A DNA stretch of 32,000 nt from Candidatus Kuenenia stuttgartensis (GCF_900232105.1 NZ_LT934425.1:3000001-3032000); one strand, 5' to 3'; counted from the stretch's first letter, positions 9,187 to 22,773 are shown. Made by a program: numbers and translations. Notes: a model not told the origin generated them from the sequence alone.

Positions 9187-9714
9187 ATGCCAAATGAATT
9201 AAAAGAACTTACAATAAAAGAACTGATTTCTCGTTATGATGATAAGAGTAGCTATCTGGTAGTTGGTTATAGAGGTATCACTGCTTTGCAGTTTAATCAG
9301 TTGCGAAATGAATTATGGCAGAAGAAGATACTTATGGAGGTTGTTAAAAATTCTCTTGCAGCGGTTGCGTTTAAGAAAATAGGCAAGACGGCAATAGTTG
9401 GTTTGCTAAATGGTCCTTCTGCTATCATAAGTGGCGGGGATGATCCGGTATTAATGGCAAAAGAAACAGTTAAATACTCTGAAGATTTGCCATTTTTTAC
9501 GTTGCAGGGTGGGTTTTTTGAGGGAGAGGCACTGTCAATTGATTCTATCAAGAGTTTGGCGAAGCTTCCTTCCTTGCCAGTGCTTAGATCCCAAATAGTA
9601 TTTAGTATAAATGCTCCGATAGTCGGGGTGGCAACCGCTTTTAACAGTATATTGCGCAGTTTAGCAACTATATTTCAAGAGATAAAAACACAAAAAGAAG
9701 AAAGTAATGGGTAA
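9187..9714 (+). CDS. rplJ: 50S ribosomal protein L10
   Basis: 175 aa, L10-type N-terminal domain, located between L1 and L7/L12. Confidence 0.95.
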   Translation: MPNELKELTIKELISRYDDKSSYLVVGYRGITALQFNQLRNELWQKKILMEVVKNSLAAVAFKKIGKTAIVGLLNGPSAIISGGDDPVLMAKETVKYSEDLPFFTLQGGFFEGEALSIDSIKSLAKLPSLPVLRSQIVFSINAPIVGVATAFNSILRSLATIFQEIKTQKEESNG

Positions 9715-9749
9715 TTTGTATATGGTTTCTGAAAGTTAGGAGGTGTAAA

Positions 9750-10166
9750 ATGACTCAAATAATGGAAGAAAAAGAAGTCGATGTAACCGGGAAAATAGCG
9801 CAGGTACTAGATATAGTATCGGGAATGACACTGTTGGAGGCATCTGAATTAGTAAAAGCATTCGAAAAGAAATTTGGTGTTTCCGCATCTGCAGTAGCCG
9901 CAATGCCTGTTGGTATGCCTATGGCTGGAGCCGAGGCTGCCGTAGAAGAAGAGAAGACATCTTTTGATGTAATTCTAAAAGAGGTGGGAGCTAACAAAAT
10001 TCAAGTAATTAAGGCGGTTCGAGCGGAAACAAATTTAGGCCTCAAAGAGGCGAAAGATCTTGTAGAGGGTGCGCCTAAGGCTGTTAAAGAAGGGGTGACG
10101 AAGGAAGACGCTGACAAAATTAGAAAAACATTAGAAGAAGCTGGTGCCAAAGTAGAAATAAAATAA
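9750..10166 (+). CDS. rplL: 50S ribosomal protein L7/L12
   Basis: [50 protein letters not shown]. Confidence 0.98.
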   Translation: MTQIMEEKEVDVTGKIAQVLDIVSGMTLLEASELVKAFEKKFGVSASAVAAMPVGMPMAGAEAAVEEEKTSFDVILKEVGANKIQVIKAVRAETNLGLKEAKDLVEGAPKAVKEGVTKEDADKIRKTLEEAGAKVEIK

Positions 10167-10203
10167 ACAGTTTTTTTGCCAACTTTTAAAGTTCTGGGAA
10201 TTT

Positions 10204-13200
10204 ATGGAAATACGAAACTACAGTAAAGTAGATGAAGTAATAGAGCTTCAAAATCTTACACAGATTCAAACGAAAGCATATATGGACTTTTTGCAGTTGG
10301 ATATTCCAGCATCGAAGAGGAAAAATGTTGGTATTGAGGCTATATTGAGAGAGATATTTCCTGTCAGCAACTACGATGGCAACATAACTTTAAATTATGT
10401 TAAATATGAGTTAGGAAAACCTCGTTATTCACAAGACGAATGTCGCCAGTTGCGATTGACATACGGGCGTCCTTTTCGCGTCTGGTTGCGTTTGGATAAA
10501 GATGAACCTATAGAAGAAGAGGTTTATCTGGGTGAGATTCCTGTTGTTATCGGTGGCGGAGAATTTATTATTAATGGTACAGAACGGGTGATTGTTGCTC
10601 AATTACATCGTTCGCCAGGGGTAGATTTTATAGAAGAATTTTACGCAGAAAAAAGATTACATTCTTGCCGAATAATTCCTGAGCGGGGAAGTTGGATTGA
10701 GTTGGAGGTGGGTAAGAAGGATGTACTTACTGTCAGGATTGATCAGAGTGGAAAATTACCCGCTACTTGTTTTCTCAGGGCGTTATCCGCAGAATACGCA
10801 AATGATGAGGATATTATTCGGTTGTTTCATGAAGTAGAAACGGTGAAAATCGCTGATTATGATGTGGCTGCAAAGTTGAGAGGTAGGTTTACTGCAGAGC
10901 AGGTTGTTAATCCTGAAACTGGGGAAATTTTGCTGGACGCGGGTCGTCAGTTTTCTGATTCAACGGTTAAGGCAATCACAGACCTGGAAATAAAGAAAGT
11001 AGATGTGATCAAAAAAGTAGAAGACAACTTAATATTAAATTCTCTGGAGTCAGATTTTACAAAGTCTCATGAAGATGCATTGTTGAAAATTTACGCAAGA
11101 TTCAGACCAGGCAACCCACAGCAAGTGGAAAAGGCAAGGCAGTTATTTTATGATAAATTTTTTGATGAAAAAAGATATAGGTTGGGGCCTGTAGGCAGAT
11201 TTAGATTAAATAGGAAGATGGGTCATGATGTCGATTCATCTAAAATGACTTTGCAAAAAGAGGATTTTGTAGAAGCTATTAGGTATTTGATGAAGTTGAG
11301 GAAAGGTACCCCTGGGGCATCAATTGACGATATAGATAATTTAGGCAACAGGAGACTTCGGACGATAGATGAGCTTGTTGGTGAAGAGTTGAGAAAGGGG
11401 TTTTTAAAGTTAAGAAGAACCATACAGGAAAGGTTAAGTGTAAAAGAGACAGAACAATTAACACCGCGTTCTTTGGTAAATTCGAAAACCATATTTTCAG
11501 CGATCGATTATTTTTTTAGCCGAAGTGAACTTTCGCAGGTTTTAGACCAAACAAATCCGTTGGCACAGCTAACTCATGAAAGAAGGTTAAGTGCGTTGGG
11601 ACCTGGCGGCTTGAATAGAAAGAGGGCTGGGTTTGAGGTGAGAGATGTACATGTTTCTCACTATGGGAGGGTGTGCCCGATAGAAACGCCAGAAGGTACA
11701 AACATTGGTTTGATAGCTTCTTTAAGTATATACGCAACAATCGATGAGTACGGTTTTTTGATTACACCATATCGTCTAATAGAAAAAGGAAAACCTTCTA
11801 AAAATATAATATATTTACGGGCAGACGAGGAAGAGGGTCGTTTGATAGCGCCGGCAGATATTTTAATCAGTACTAAAGATACGCTGGGCAAGACGGAAGT
11901 GCTATGCAGACACGATGGCGACTTTAAGCACACGGCTTTCAAAGATGTAAATTATATGGATGTTTCTCCTAAACAAATGGTTGGTGTTTCCGCAAGTTTA
12001 ATACCATTTCTGGAACATAGTGATGCGAATAGAGCGCTGATGGGGTCGAATATGCAGAGACAAGCTGTTCCTCTGCTGAAGACAGAACCTCCTATTATCG
12101 CAACGGGCATGGAACGGGTAGTCGCCAAAAACTCAAGCATGACTGTTCAATCGGAAAAGAATGGAACTGTTACAAAGGTATCATCAAATGAAATCGTAAT
12201 TGATAACAATGAAATTTATAAACTAAGAAAGTTTGTTGGGTTAAACGAAGGTACTTGTCTAAATCAGAAGCCTATAGTCACCGAAGGGCAAAAAATCAAA
12301 AAAGGAGAGGTCATCGCTGACGGGGCGGCTACACATAATGGTGAACTTAGTTTAGGTAAAAATGTATTAGTAGCGTTTATGACATGGGATGGATACAATT
12401 TTGAAGACGCTATGGTGATAAGTGAGGCCTTGTTAAAAGATGATCGATTCACTTCTATACACAGAGATGAATTTGAGGTGGAAATACGTGAAACAAAGTT
12501 GGGTAGAGAAGAATTTACTCGCGATATTCCAAATGTTTCAGAAAAAGCACTAAGAAATTTGGATGAAAATGGAATAATTCGGGTTGGAACAAAGGTGAAA
12601 CCCGGAGATATCTTGGTAGGGAAGATAGCGCCCAAGAGCAGGAGTGAACTTTCGCCTGAAGAAAAACTGTTACATGCAATATTTGGACGTGCTGGTGAAG
12701 ATGTTAAAAATGAATCGCTGGAAGTTCCGTCCGGCATGGAAGGTATTATTATAAATACGCAAGTATTTTCAAGAAAGTCGTATATTTCAGAAGAAAAAAG
12801 ACAGAAAATATTGGGTGAGGTAAGCGAGATAGAGTCAAAGTATAATGAGACTATTGCTAAAGAATTTGCAAAGATGTTAAAAGCTATAAATGCAGAGATT
12901 GAAGAAGCTCTTGTAGATATTCAAACCGGTCAGGTTTACAAAACAGAGAGAGCTATGTCTGAAAAAACGATACTTGCAATGGAAGATCATTTTAATATTG
13001 AAAATATCGCATTTAGTAGTAAGAAGAAAAAGGAACTGGCACTTGAAATTTCACAGGAATACAAAAGAAAAATGGAGGAGTTAAAAGAAGAAAGAGATGG
13101 GAAAATAAACCAGTTGAAGCGCGGAGATGAATTGCCGACAGGGGTTTTGGAACTAGCGAAGGTTTCCATTGCAACGAAGAGAAAGCTTTCCGTTGGTGAT

Positions 13201-13896
13201 AAAATGGCCGGCAGGCATGGTAACAAAGGAGTTATTTCCAAGATACTTCCTGAAGAAGATATGCCCTTTTTGGCAGATGGAACCAGGGTAGAGATGCTAC
13301 TGAACCCATTGGGCGTGCCATCCAGAATGAATGTCGGACAAATTCTGGAGACCCACCTGGGATGGGCAGCTAAAAAGCTAGGTTTTAGGGCAATTACGCC
13401 CATTTTTGAAGGTGCTTTAGAGGAAGAGATACGCGAGACACTGAAAGAAGCAAAGTTGCCGGAAGATGGAAAGGCAGTGTTGTATGATGGACGTACTGGA
13501 GAATCTTTTGGGCAAAAAGTTGCTGTGGGTTATATGTATATGCTAAAGCTTCACCATCTGGTTGATGAAAAAGTACATGCAAGAGCGACAGGTCCATATT
13601 CGCTGATTACTCAACAACCTCTGGGCGGAAAGGCTAGGTTTGGTGGGCAGAGATTTGGTGAAATGGAAGTATGGGCGTTGGAGGCTTATGGTGCTGCACA
13701 TAATTTGCAAGAGTTGCTTACTGTGAAAAGTGACGATGTAGAAGGAAGGACGAAGATTTACGAATCCATGGTTAAGGGTGAAAACACATTGGAGGCTGGC
13801 ACCCCAGCATCCTTTGAGGTGCTTTCAAATGAAATAGCGGGGTTGGGATTAAATCTAAAGTTAGAAAAGAAAAAGATGGATATTTTAAAAGTATAG
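10204..13896 (+). CDS. rpoB: DNA-directed RNA polymerase subunit beta
   Basis: 1230 aa: [61 protein letters not shown]; [11 protein letters not shown]; [25 protein letters not shown]. Confidence 0.99.
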   Translation: MEIRNYSKVDEVIELQNLTQIQTKAYMDFLQLDIPASKRKNVGIEAILREIFPVSNYDGNITLNYVKYELGKPRYSQDECRQLRLTYGRPFRVWLRLDKDEPIEEEVYLGEIPVVIGGGEFIINGTERVIVAQLHRSPGVDFIEEFYAEKRLHSCRIIPERGSWIELEVGKKDVLTVRIDQSGKLPATCFLRALSAEYANDEDIIRLFHEVETVKIADYDVAAKLRGRFTAEQVVNPETGEILLDAGRQFSDSTVKAITDLEIKKVDVIKKVEDNLILNSLESDFTKSHEDALLKIYARFRPGNPQQVEKARQLFYDKFFDEKRYRLGPVGRFRLNRKMGHDVDSSKMTLQKEDFVEAIRYLMKLRKGTPGASIDDIDNLGNRRLRTIDELVGEELRKGFLKLRRTIQERLSVKETEQLTPRSLVNSKTIFSAIDYFFSRSELSQVLDQTNPLAQLTHERRLSALGPGGLNRKRAGFEVRDVHVSHYGRVCPIETPEGTNIGLIASLSIYATIDEYGFLITPYRLIEKGKPSKNIIYLRADEEEGRLIAPADILISTKDTLGKTEVLCRHDGDFKHTAFKDVNYMDVSPKQMVGVSASLIPFLEHSDANRALMGSNMQRQAVPLLKTEPPIIATGMERVVAKNSSMTVQSEKNGTVTKVSSNEIVIDNNEIYKLRKFVGLNEGTCLNQKPIVTEGQKIKKGEVIADGAATHNGELSLGKNVLVAFMTWDGYNFEDAMVISEALLKDDRFTSIHRDEFEVEIRETKLGREEFTRDIPNVSEKALRNLDENGIIRVGTKVKPGDILVGKIAPKSRSELSPEEKLLHAIFGRAGEDVKNESLEVPSGMEGIIINTQVFSRKSYISEEKRQKILGEVSEIESKYNETIAKEFAKMLKAINAEIEEALVDIQTGQVYKTERAMSEKTILAMEDHFNIENIAFSSKKKKELALEISQEYKRKMEELKEERDGKINQLKRGDELPTGVLELAKVSIATKRKLSVGDKMAGRHGNKGVISKILPEEDMPFLADGTRVEMLLNPLGVPSRMNVGQILETHLGWAAKKLGFRAITPIFEGALEEEIRETLKEAKLPEDGKAVLYDGRTGESFGQKVAVGYMYMLKLHHLVDEKVHARATGPYSLITQQPLGGKARFGGQRFGEMEVWALEAYGAAHNLQELLTVKSDDVEGRTKIYESMVKGENTLEAGTPASFEVLSNEIAGLGLNLKLEKKKMDILKV

Positions 13897-13925
13897 CATT
13901 TTATGATGAATATTTGGATATTAGT

Positions 13926-13955
13926 TTGAAAACTGTGAGTTTATATAAGTAATAT
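13926..13955 (+). promoter_or_regulatory. Candidate internal promoter TTGAAA-N18-TAATAT in the rpoB-rpoC gap
   Basis: Hexamers within a 155 nt AT-rich intergenic gap. Weak consensus evidence only. Confidence 0.25.
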
Positions 13956-14051
13956 TAAGGGTTCGAGATATTACATTAGAATTTTTATAAAAAAGAGCTT
14001 GAAGTGCTGCGCGTAATATTTAGATTTGTGCGGACTCTTTGAGATTATTAT

Positions 14052-17000
14052 ATGGCAGAAATAATTTACGAAAGAATAAATGAGTATAGTTCGGTTAAAA
14101 TATCGCTGTCTTCTCCGGAAGATATCCGCGGTTGGTCTTATGGCGAAGTTAAGAAACCTGAAACTATAAACTACCGTACATATAGGGCAGAGAAGGATGG
14201 TTTATTTTGCGAGCGTATTTTTGGCCCGGAACGTAATTGGGAGTGTTTTTGCGGTAAATATAAGGGCATTAAACATAAAGGAATTGTTTGTGATAGATGT
14301 GGTGTGAAATTGACCCATTCACGTGTGAGAAGAAGGAGGATGGGCCATATAAATTTAGCAGCACCTATCGTTCATATTTGGTTTTTTAAGGCAATGCCCT
14401 CACGTTTGGGTACTCTTTTGGGAATGAAAACTACGTCGCTGGAAAGAATCATTTATTTCCAGGGTTATGTGGTTATAGACCCTGGCAGTACAACACTCAA
14501 AGAATATCAGGTGCTTAGCGAAGAAGAATATAAAACAACTAAAGAAAAATTTGGTGAAGAGTCTTTTGTGGCAGCGATGGGTGCTGAGGCAATACGAATG
14601 TTATTGCAAAAAATTGATTTAGTTGTGTTGTCTAATGAACTGCGCGAGGAACTTGGCCGTACCCGTTCAAAACAACGTGCCAAAGAAATAATAAAAAGGT
14701 TAGAAATTGTAGAAGCTTTTCGGGATTCGGACAACAAACCCGAATGGATGGTTTTGAGTGCGATTCCTGTTATTCCGCCAGACCTGAGACCATTGGTGTT
14801 GTTGGAAAGCGGCAATTTCGCTTCATCAGACCTGAATGATTTATATAGAAGAATTATTAACAGAAATAATCGACTTAAGAAGCTGATAGACCTTAATGCC
14901 CCCGAAGTTATTATAAGAAACGAAAAAAGAATGCTTCAACAAGCGGTTGATGCTTTATTTGATAATACGAGGGGGAAACGTCCAGTTCTTGGAAGCAACA
15001 ATAGGCCATTGAAGTCTCTTACTGATATGATAAAGGGGAAACAAGGCCGATTTAGAGAGAATTTACTTGGTAAACGTGTGGATTATTCTGCACGTTCTGT
15101 GATTGTTGTGGGACCTGAGCTGAAATTGCATCAGTGTGGGTTGCCAAAGAAAATAGCGCTAGAACTATTTCAACCATTCATAATAAGAAGATTAAGAGAG
15201 TTTGGATATGCGGATACAATTAAAAGTGCAAAAAAGATGCTGAGTAGAAAGGACAAAGAAGTTTGGGATATTCTAGAAGAAGTGGTAAAGCGGAGACCAG
15301 TGTTGCTTAATAGAGCTCCCACACTTCATAGAATGGGTATACAAGCGTTTGAGCCTATACTTGTGGAAGGTAATGCAATAAAGCTACATCCACTGGTTTG
15401 CCGAGGGTTTAATGCTGATTTCGATGGTGACCAAATGGCGGTTCATTTGCCGTTGTCCATTGAAGCACAGACGGAGGCAATTACTCTTATGTTGTCTACA
15501 AATAACATCTTTTCTCCCGCTTCAGGAGAGCCAATTATTGTGCCATCACAGGATATTGTATTAGGATGTTATTATTTAACCGCCAGCATACAGAATGAGG
15601 CGGTGCAAAAACTAAAAAGATTTAGTGGTAATGAAGAGGTAATATATGCCCTGTCTGTAAATAAATTACACCTACACGACAAGATTGAGATAAAATTAAA
15701 ACAGGTCACTGTTGTTAACGATCGCTTAGTAAAAGAAGAACCAGTTTGCGGCTTGTGCGAAACGACTGCTGGGCGTGTTGTATTTAATAGTGTATTACCT
15801 GAAGGAATTCCTTTTTACAATTATCCTTTAGATCAAAAGGGAATAAGCAGGATAATTCAGGATTGTTATAAAATGCTCGGAAGAGAGAAGACCATTACTT
15901 TATTGGATGATGTAAAAGAAATTGGATTTAAAGAATGCACTAAGGCTGGGTTATCATTTTCAATAAGTGATGTTAAGATGCCTGAGAAAAAAAGTGAAAT
16001 AATCGATAAAACACAGTTGGAAATAGAAAAGATACAGAAGTTATACAAAAAAGGTGTTATTACGGAAGGAGAGCGCTACAATCAAATTATAGATGCATGG
16101 ACATACACCGGCGAAAAAATAGCCGAAGAAATGATGGGTGCTCTTAAAAATGATACAAGAGGCGGTATACCTTATTTGAACCCTGTCTATCTGATGTCTG
16201 CTTCAGGGGCAAGAGGAAGTTCACAGCAGTTGAGACAGCTCGCTGGAATGCGTGGTTTAATGGCGAAGCCCTCGGGAAAAATCATAGAAACCCCTATAAA
16301 GGCAAATTTTAGAGAGGGTTTAGGAGTGTTAGAGTATTTTAGTTCTACTCATGGTGCTAGAAAAGGGTTAGCGGATACAGCGTTAAAGACTGCGGATTCT
16401 GGATACTTAACAAGGAAACTGGCGGATGTTGCTCAGAATGTAGTGATTACTTCTTTAGATTGTGGTACCAAGAACGGCATTACAAAAAGTGTAGTTTACA
16501 GGGGGGAAAAAGTGGAGGTTCCTCTAAGTAAGACTATAACTGGAAGGGTTGCAAGAAACAATATTGTAGATTTAGTTAAAGACGAAGTAATTATCAGAGA
16601 AAACGATTTAATTACCGAAGAAAAAGCCAAAAAGATCGAGGCTTTAGGATACGAAAAAATAAAAGTAAGGTCTCCATTTACGTGTGAAATGTCTCTGGGG
16701 CTTTGTTCGAAATGCTATGGAATGGATCTATCAAGGGGAGGACTCGTTGAGGAAGGTATGGCCGTAGGGATAATTGCAGCTCAGTCAATTGGTGAGCCTG
16801 GTACCCAGCTAACAATGAAAACTTTCCATATCGGTGGTACTGCTACTCGTTCGGTAGAAGCTTCTGAGACAAAAGCAAAACGTTCGGGCAAAATTAAGTA
16901 CCATAATTTGAATGTTGTTAAAAATCCACAGGAAAAAAATGTTGCTATTAACTCAAAAGGCGAAATATTAATTATAGATGCAAAAGAAAGACAAATCGAA

Positions 17001-18161
17001 AAACATTCGGTGGTGCTTGGTGCGGAAGTTTTAGTTAAAGAAGGCGATAGTGTTGCTGTTCGCCAAACACTGACCCGCTGGGACCCACACATGGTTCCTA
17101 TATTAGCGGAAATGTCAGGGTCTATTCGTTTTGAAGATATTGAAATAGGCAAAACTGTCAGAGAAGAATCCGATGCATCCACCGGATTTAAACGTAAAGT
17201 AATTATGGAACATAAGGGTGATTTGCACCCTCAAATAATTATAGAGGATGAGAATGGTAAGATTTCAGGGTTGTATCCAATACCTGAAAAGGCTCATCTG
17301 GAGGTTGAGGAGGGAGAGAAGATTACTCCGGGTACGTTGCTTGCGAAAACACCGAGAGAGATTTCCAGGACGGAAGATATAACTGGTGGACTACCGCGAG
17401 TCGCCGAAATTTGTGAGGCACGAAAGCCAAAAGACCCTGCAGTTATGAGTGAAATAGAAGGGGTCGTGGAGTTGGGGGAAAAAAGGCGCGGTAAGCGAAC
17501 TATTATTGTCAGAGGAGAAGGTGGTATGGAGAGTGAACACCTTGTACCAAGAGGTAAACATTTAAAGGTACATAGGGGTGATCTTGTTAAAGCTGGAGAC
17601 CCACTTGTAGAAGGGCCGTTGGTTTTGCAAGATATTTTGAGAATACGTGGCGAGGAAGAATTGCAGACTTACATGTTAAAAGAAGTTCAAAATGTTTATC
17701 GGTCTCAAAACGTACCGATTGACGATAAACATATTGAAATAATAATTGGTCAAATGCTTAGGAAGGTAAAAATAGAGGATGCTGGGGATACCAATCTTCT
17801 TCCGGGACAAATCATGGATAAATTTAAATTCAGAGAAGAAAATAAGAAGATAAAAGATATGGGCGGAAAACCGTCAACTGCAAAACCTTTATTGCTGGGT
17901 ATTACGAGAGCATCTCTGCAGGCGGATAGTTTTATATCTGCAGCTTCTTTCCAGGAGACAACAAAAGTATTGACTAGAGCTGCGCTTGAAGGAAAAGTTG
18001 ATAATTTGGTAGGATTAAAGGAAAATGTAATTCTTGGTCATTTGGTGCCCGCCGGTACCGGATATAAGTCGTACAATACACTTTATGCAATTTCTACAGA
18101 TGAGGTTGCAATCAAGGAAGCAAGCAAGCAAAAAGAAGAGTTATTAGAGCCAACATTATAA
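14052..18161 (+). CDS. rpoC: DNA-directed RNA polymerase subunit beta'
   Basis: 1369 aa: [16 protein letters not shown]; [20 protein letters not shown] zinc site; [16 protein letters not shown]. Confidence 0.99.
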   Translation: MAEIIYERINEYSSVKISLSSPEDIRGWSYGEVKKPETINYRTYRAEKDGLFCERIFGPERNWECFCGKYKGIKHKGIVCDRCGVKLTHSRVRRRRMGHINLAAPIVHIWFFKAMPSRLGTLLGMKTTSLERIIYFQGYVVIDPGSTTLKEYQVLSEEEYKTTKEKFGEESFVAAMGAEAIRMLLQKIDLVVLSNELREELGRTRSKQRAKEIIKRLEIVEAFRDSDNKPEWMVLSAIPVIPPDLRPLVLLESGNFASSDLNDLYRRIINRNNRLKKLIDLNAPEVIIRNEKRMLQQAVDALFDNTRGKRPVLGSNNRPLKSLTDMIKGKQGRFRENLLGKRVDYSARSVIVVGPELKLHQCGLPKKIALELFQPFIIRRLREFGYADTIKSAKKMLSRKDKEVWDILEEVVKRRPVLLNRAPTLHRMGIQAFEPILVEGNAIKLHPLVCRGFNADFDGDQMAVHLPLSIEAQTEAITLMLSTNNIFSPASGEPIIVPSQDIVLGCYYLTASIQNEAVQKLKRFSGNEEVIYALSVNKLHLHDKIEIKLKQVTVVNDRLVKEEPVCGLCETTAGRVVFNSVLPEGIPFYNYPLDQKGISRIIQDCYKMLGREKTITLLDDVKEIGFKECTKAGLSFSISDVKMPEKKSEIIDKTQLEIEKIQKLYKKGVITEGERYNQIIDAWTYTGEKIAEEMMGALKNDTRGGIPYLNPVYLMSASGARGSSQQLRQLAGMRGLMAKPSGKIIETPIKANFREGLGVLEYFSSTHGARKGLADTALKTADSGYLTRKLADVAQNVVITSLDCGTKNGITKSVVYRGEKVEVPLSKTITGRVARNNIVDLVKDEVIIRENDLITEEKAKKIEALGYEKIKVRSPFTCEMSLGLCSKCYGMDLSRGGLVEEGMAVGIIAAQSIGEPGTQLTMKTFHIGGTATRSVEASETKAKRSGKIKYHNLNVVKNPQEKNVAINSKGEILIIDAKERQIEKHSVVLGAEVLVKEGDSVAVRQTLTRWDPHMVPILAEMSGSIRFEDIEIGKTVREESDASTGFKRKVIMEHKGDLHPQIIIEDENGKISGLYPIPEKAHLEVEEGEKITPGTLLAKTPREISRTEDITGGLPRVAEICEARKPKDPAVMSEIEGVVELGEKRRGKRTIIVRGEGGMESEHLVPRGKHLKVHRGDLVKAGDPLVEGPLVLQDILRIRGEEELQTYMLKEVQNVYRSQNVPIDDKHIEIIIGQMLRKVKIEDAGDTNLLPGQIMDKFKFREENKKIKDMGGKPSTAKPLLLGITRASLQADSFISAASFQETTKVLTRAALEGKVDNLVGLKENVILGHLVPAGTGYKSYNTLYAISTDEVAIKEASKQKEELLEPTL

Positions 18162-18175
18162 ATAGTGGGGGAGAT

Positions 18176-18547
18176 ATGCCTACAATAAATCAATTAATAA
18201 GAAAAGGTCGAAAGAAAACAAAAAATAAAAGTAAAAGCCCAGATTTAGAAAAATGTTCTCAAAAAAAGGGTGTCTGCCTTCAAGTAATGACGAGAACTCC
18301 GAAGAAACCAAATTCAGCTTTGAGAAAAGCTGCGAGGGTGAGGTTGTCAAATGGCAGGGAGATAAGTGCTTACATTCCAGGCGAAGGTCATAATTTACAA
18401 GAACATTCAATCGTATTGGTGAGGGGAGGAAGGGTGAGAGACCTTCCAGGTGTTAAATATCACATAGTCCGTGGAACATTGGATTGTGCCGGCGTAAATG
18501 GCCGAAAACGATCCAGATCTAAATATGGCGCAAAAACCCCTAAATAG
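18176..18547 (+). CDS. rpsL: 30S ribosomal protein S12
   Basis: [14 protein letters not shown]...[11 protein letters not shown]...[24 protein letters not shown]. Confidence 0.99.
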   Translation: MPTINQLIRKGRKKTKNKSKSPDLEKCSQKKGVCLQVMTRTPKKPNSALRKAARVRLSNGREISAYIPGEGHNLQEHSIVLVRGGRVRDLPGVKYHIVRGTLDCAGVNGRKRSRSKYGAKTPK

Positions 18548-18572
18548 GTCTTAATTTTGGAGAATTTAATAG

Positions 18573-19055
18573 ATGGCTCTTGCGTATAGAAGTACTGAGA
18601 AATTTTTACAACCGGATGCAAAATATAAAAGTAAGTTAATAACAAAATTTATCAACTGCCTTATGAAAAAGGGAAAGAAGAGTACGGCAGAAAAGATATT
18701 TTACGGTGCTATGGATCTGATAGAAAAAAAAGTATCTGATGTAGCTCCTATTGAACTTTTTGAAACAGCAGTAAATAATGTTAAGCCTTTGGTCGAGGTT
18801 CGGTCGAAGCGTGTGGGAGGTGCCACATATCAAGTACCTGTTGAAGTCCCGAGACAAAGACAGATAGCTTTGACGATACGGTGGATAATAGAAGCTGCTA
18901 AAAGCAAAAAAGGACGTCCTATGTTCCAACGCTTGGCAGATGAGTTGATGGACGCATACAAAAAACAAGGCATATCAATAACAAAAAGAGAAAACACGCA
19001 TAAAATGGCAGAAGCTAATAAGGCGTTTGCACATTTTGCATGGTCAAAGTTTTAA
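18573..19055 (+). CDS. rpsG: 30S ribosomal protein S7
   Basis: VEVRSKRVGGATYQVPVEVPRQRQIALTIRW; HKMAEANKAFAHFAW. Confidence 0.99.
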   Translation: MALAYRSTEKFLQPDAKYKSKLITKFINCLMKKGKKSTAEKIFYGAMDLIEKKVSDVAPIELFETAVNNVKPLVEVRSKRVGGATYQVPVEVPRQRQIALTIRWIIEAAKSKKGRPMFQRLADELMDAYKKQGISITKRENTHKMAEANKAFAHFAWSKF

Positions 19056-19076
19056 TTGAGGGTGGATTAAAAAAAG

Positions 19077-21134
19077 ATGAAGTTTGAAAAATTAAGAAAC
19101 ATTGGAATTGCTGCACATATCGATGCTGGAAAAACAACTACATCAGAACGTATACTATATTATACTGGAAAATCTTATAAAATGGGTGAGGTTCATGAAG
19201 GCACTGCTACCATGGACTGGATGGAAGAAGAGCAAAAACGAGGCATTACTATTACTGCGGCTGCCACTACATGTAGTTGGAAAGATTATCAGATTAACCT
19301 GATTGATACTCCGGGGCACGTCGATTTTACTATGGAAGTGGAGCGATCTCTTAGAGTTTTGGACGGCGCAGTGTGCGTTTTTTGCGGTGTTGGAGGGGTA
19401 GAGGCGCAGTCGGAGACTGTATGGCGGCAAGCGGATAGATATAAAGTGCCAAGAATTTGTTTTGTAAACAAAATGGATCGGGTAGGTGCAGATTATTATA
19501 AGGTTGTTGACGAAATTAACGAAAGGCTTGGATTTACGGCAGTTCCCATACAAGTACCAATTGGCAATGAGTCGAATTTTAGAGGATTAATTGATATAGT
19601 TCGTATGAAAGCCAGGATATATTCAGACGAAGAAGATAAAACGGGTATGAATTTCTCTGATGAAGAGATTCCTGCAGAATACCAAAAAAAGGCAGAAGAA
19701 GAACGAGAAAAGTTGATTGAAGCCTTGGCCAATCACACTGATTGGCTTACAGAAAAGTTTTTAGACGGGAAAGAAATCACAACAGAAGAAATAAAGAAGG
19801 CTATTCGTGAAGGGACGATAAATTTAAAGTTTGTTCCGGTATTGTGTGGATCGTCATTTAAGAAAAAAGGCGTGCAACTTTTACTTGATGCGGTATGCGA
19901 TTATTTGCCATCGCCAGTGGATAAAGAGGCCATTGTTGGTATTGATCCAAAAACTAATAAAGAAATTTCCAGAAAACCGTTTGTGGAAGAACCGTTTTGT
20001 GCGTTGGCTTTTAAAATTGCTTCTGATAAACATGGCGATTTGACTTTTATACGGGTTTATTCTGGAAAGTTAACTTCCGGAACGAGGGTGTTAAATTCGG
20101 GAAAAGATAAAAAAGAGCTGGTTAGCCGTATATATAAAATGCATGCGGCAAATAGGGAGCAAACTAACGAGGTAATAGCCGGTGAAATTTGCGCTGTGAT
20201 TGGCCTCAAAGATACAGTTACCGGCGATACGCTTTGTGATCTGGACAATCCTATAATTTTAGAAAAGATGGAATTTCCGGATACGGTCATTTCAATGGCG
20301 ATAGAGCCGAAATCAGATAAAGAAAAAGAAAAACTGGGGATGGTGCTAACGAAGCTGGCGAAAGAAGACCCTACCTTCAGGATGCACTTGGACAAGGAAA
20401 CCGGTCAAATGATTATTTCCGGAATGGGAGAGTTGCATTTGGAAGTAATTAAAAACAGGATGTTGAGCGAGTATAATGTGGACGCAAATGTTGGTGCGCC
20501 AAAGGTATCATATCGTGAGACGATTAGGAAAAAAGTTGAGGTGGAAGGAAAATTTGTTCAACAGACTGGCGGACATGGACAATATGGTCATGTATGGATA
20601 ACTGTGGAGCCATTTAAAGAAGGTGATGAACCGGTAACTTTTGTTGATGCAATAGTCGGTGGTAAAATCCCAAGGCAATATGTGAGATCTGTAGAAAAAG
20701 GTATTCGTGATACTGCGGTAACTGGTGTTGCAGGCGGTCCGCCATTGATTGATATCAAAGTAACGTTGATAGATGGTTCTACGCATCCTGTAGATTCTTC
20801 TGATCTAGCTTTTTACACTGCTGCATGTATTGCTTTTAGAAAAGGTGTTGAAATGGCGAATTCCATATTGCTGGAACCAATAATGTCTATTGAAATAACA
20901 GTTCCGGAACAATACATGGGTGATGTGATAGGAGAAGTTCATAGTCGCAGAGCAAATATATTGGAAATGATAACCAAGGGAAATATAAGGATTATTAAAG
21001 GTGAAGTCCCCCTTGCTGAAATGTTTGGTTATTCAACGACATTACGTTCCATTACTCAAGGAAGAGGCACTTTTACTATGGAACCTTTAGAGTACAGACC
21101 GGCGCCTGCAAAATCTGTTGGCAATGTTACATAA
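19077..21134 (+). CDS. fusA: Elongation factor G
   Basis: 685 aa: [25 protein letters not shown]; [23 protein letters not shown]; [10 protein letters not shown]; [24 protein letters not shown]. Confidence 0.99.
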   Translation: MKFEKLRNIGIAAHIDAGKTTTSERILYYTGKSYKMGEVHEGTATMDWMEEEQKRGITITAAATTCSWKDYQINLIDTPGHVDFTMEVERSLRVLDGAVCVFCGVGGVEAQSETVWRQADRYKVPRICFVNKMDRVGADYYKVVDEINERLGFTAVPIQVPIGNESNFRGLIDIVRMKARIYSDEEDKTGMNFSDEEIPAEYQKKAEEEREKLIEALANHTDWLTEKFLDGKEITTEEIKKAIREGTINLKFVPVLCGSSFKKKGVQLLLDAVCDYLPSPVDKEAIVGIDPKTNKEISRKPFVEEPFCALAFKIASDKHGDLTFIRVYSGKLTSGTRVLNSGKDKKELVSRIYKMHAANREQTNEVIAGEICAVIGLKDTVTGDTLCDLDNPIILEKMEFPDTVISMAIEPKSDKEKEKLGMVLTKLAKEDPTFRMHLDKETGQMIISGMGELHLEVIKNRMLSEYNVDANVGAPKVSYRETIRKKVEVEGKFVQQTGGHGQYGHVWITVEPFKEGDEPVTFVDAIVGGKIPRQYVRSVEKGIRDTAVTGVAGGPPLIDIKVTLIDGSTHPVDSSDLAFYTAACIAFRKGVEMANSILLEPIMSIEITVPEQYMGDVIGEVHSRRANILEMITKGNIRIIKGEVPLAEMFGYSTTLRSITQGRGTFTMEPLEYRPAPAKSVGNVT

Positions 21135-21170
21135 CGTATTCATAAATCAAAATATTGGAGGTTTAAATTA

Positions 21171-22373
21171 ATGGCTAAAGAAGTATTTCAGCGAACTAAG
21201 CCGCATTTAAACATAGGTACGATAGGGCATGTGGATCATGGTAAGACAACGCTGACGTCAGTAATAACGCATGTATTGTCGAAGCAGGGGTTGGCGAAGG
21301 ATAGGCCGTTTGATTCAATTGACAAGGCTCCTGAAGAGCGCGAACGAGGTATAACGATAGCGATATCGCATGTGGAGTATGAGACGAAGAAGAGGCATTA
21401 CGCGCATGTGGACTGTCCTGGACATGCAGATTATGTAAAGAATATGATAACAGGTGCGGCGCAGATGGATGGAGCGATATTGGTTGTAAGTGCGCCGGAT
21501 GGTCCGATGCCGCAGACCCGCGAGCATATATTGTTGTCAAGGCAGGTGGGAGTTCCCAGGATTGTGGTGTTCCTGAATAAGGTGGATATGTTAGAGGATC
21601 AGGAGCTGTTGGAACTTGTAGAGATGGAAATAAGGGAGCTATTGAGTAAATATGATTTTCCTGGGGATGAGATACCTGTAGTGAAGGGTTCTGCGCTGAA
21701 GGCGGCACAGTGTGGATGTGGAGGCGCGGAATGTGCGAGTTGTGGACCGATATTGAAACTAATGGATGCGGTGGATGCTTACCTCCCCGATCCTATAAGG
21801 GAAATAGATAAGCCGTTTTTGATGTCCGTGGAAGATGTGTTTAGCATAAAAGGGCGTGGTACAGTTGGAACAGGCAGGGTTGAGAAGGGTAGAGTGAAGG
21901 TAGGAGATGAAGTAGATGTTGTTGGGATTAAGCCGGATATAAAGAAGTCTGTGGTTACTGGTGTGGAAATGTTTAATAAAACGTTGGATGAGGGGCAGGC
22001 AGGGGATAACCTGGGATTGTTGCTGCGGGGGGTAGAGAAGAATGATCTGGAGCGTGGTCAGGTGTTAGCGAAACCCGGCAGTATAACGCCGCATACTAAA
22101 TACGAAGCGGAGGTGTATATATTGACTAAGGAAGAGGGAGGAAGGCATACTCCCTTTTTTAATGGATATAGACCACAGTTTTATTTTAGGACGACTGACG
22201 TGACCGGGGTGGTAACTTTGACAGGCGGTGCGGAGATGGTGATGCCTGGGGATAACGTGAAGATCAATGTAGCATTGGTAACGCCGATAGCTATGGATGA
22301 GGGGCTGCGGTTTGCAATTCGGGAAGGTGGGAAGACAGTGGGTGCAGGTGTCGTTACAAAAATTGTTGAATAA
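21171..22373 (+). CDS. tuf: Elongation factor Tu (copy 2)
   Basis: 400 aa, near-identical to 5315-6517; three amino-acid differences. Confidence 0.99.
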   Translation: MAKEVFQRTKPHLNIGTIGHVDHGKTTLTSVITHVLSKQGLAKDRPFDSIDKAPEERERGITIAISHVEYETKKRHYAHVDCPGHADYVKNMITGAAQMDGAILVVSAPDGPMPQTREHILLSRQVGVPRIVVFLNKVDMLEDQELLELVEMEIRELLSKYDFPGDEIPVVKGSALKAAQCGCGGAECASCGPILKLMDAVDAYLPDPIREIDKPFLMSVEDVFSIKGRGTVGTGRVEKGRVKVGDEVDVVGIKPDIKKSVVTGVEMFNKTLDEGQAGDNLGLLLRGVEKNDLERGQVLAKPGSITPHTKYEAEVYILTKEEGGRHTPFFNGYRPQFYFRTTDVTGVVTLTGGAEMVMPGDNVKINVALVTPIAMDEGLRFAIREGGKTVGAGVVTKIVE

Positions 22374-22464
22374 ATTATAATTATTAAGTTGATTTTTTGT
22401 AAATATATGATATCCTCGTGAACTTGAGTTTTTTGTAGGTTTGGGCTTTTTTGGGAGCATAGAA

Positions 22465-22773
22465 GTGTTGGATCAGAAAATTAGAATACGAATGGAAGCA
22501 TATGACTATAGAATATTAGACCAATCGGCGCTGGAAATCGTTGAAACGGCAAAGCGTACTGGTGCAAAAGTGTTTGGTCCTGTTCCCCTGCCGACTCGCA
22601 TAGAAAGATACACCGTCCTAAGATCTCCGCATATTGATAAAAGGTCTAGAGAGCAGTTTGAGGTAAGGACTCATAAGAGGTTGATTGATATTTTGGAGCC
22701 TACGGCGAAAACGATGGATGCGTTGAATCGGATTAACATGCCCGCTGGTATAGAGATCAAGATAAAAGCATAA
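22465..22773 (+). CDS. rpsJ: 30S ribosomal protein S10 (GTG start preferred)
   Basis: [67 protein letters not shown] Shine-Dalgarno just upstream of GTG 22465. Confidence 0.95.
   Translation: MLDQKIRIRMEAYDYRILDQSALEIVETAKRTGAKVFGPVPLPTRIERYTVLRSPHIDKRSREQFEVRTHKRLIDILEPTAKTMDALNRINMPAGIEIKIKA

Noticed and set aside
11510-11720. Possible rifampicin-resistance changes in RpoB
   Set aside because: The key positions equivalent to E. coli D516, H526 and S531 are all wild type. Other differences (such as N518T and M515L) look like ordinary lineage variation.
11223-13597. Several minus-strand ORFs inside rpoB (and similar ones in rpoC, fusA, rplB)
   Set aside because: All lie wholly within strongly supported plus-strand genes and have no recognisable domains.
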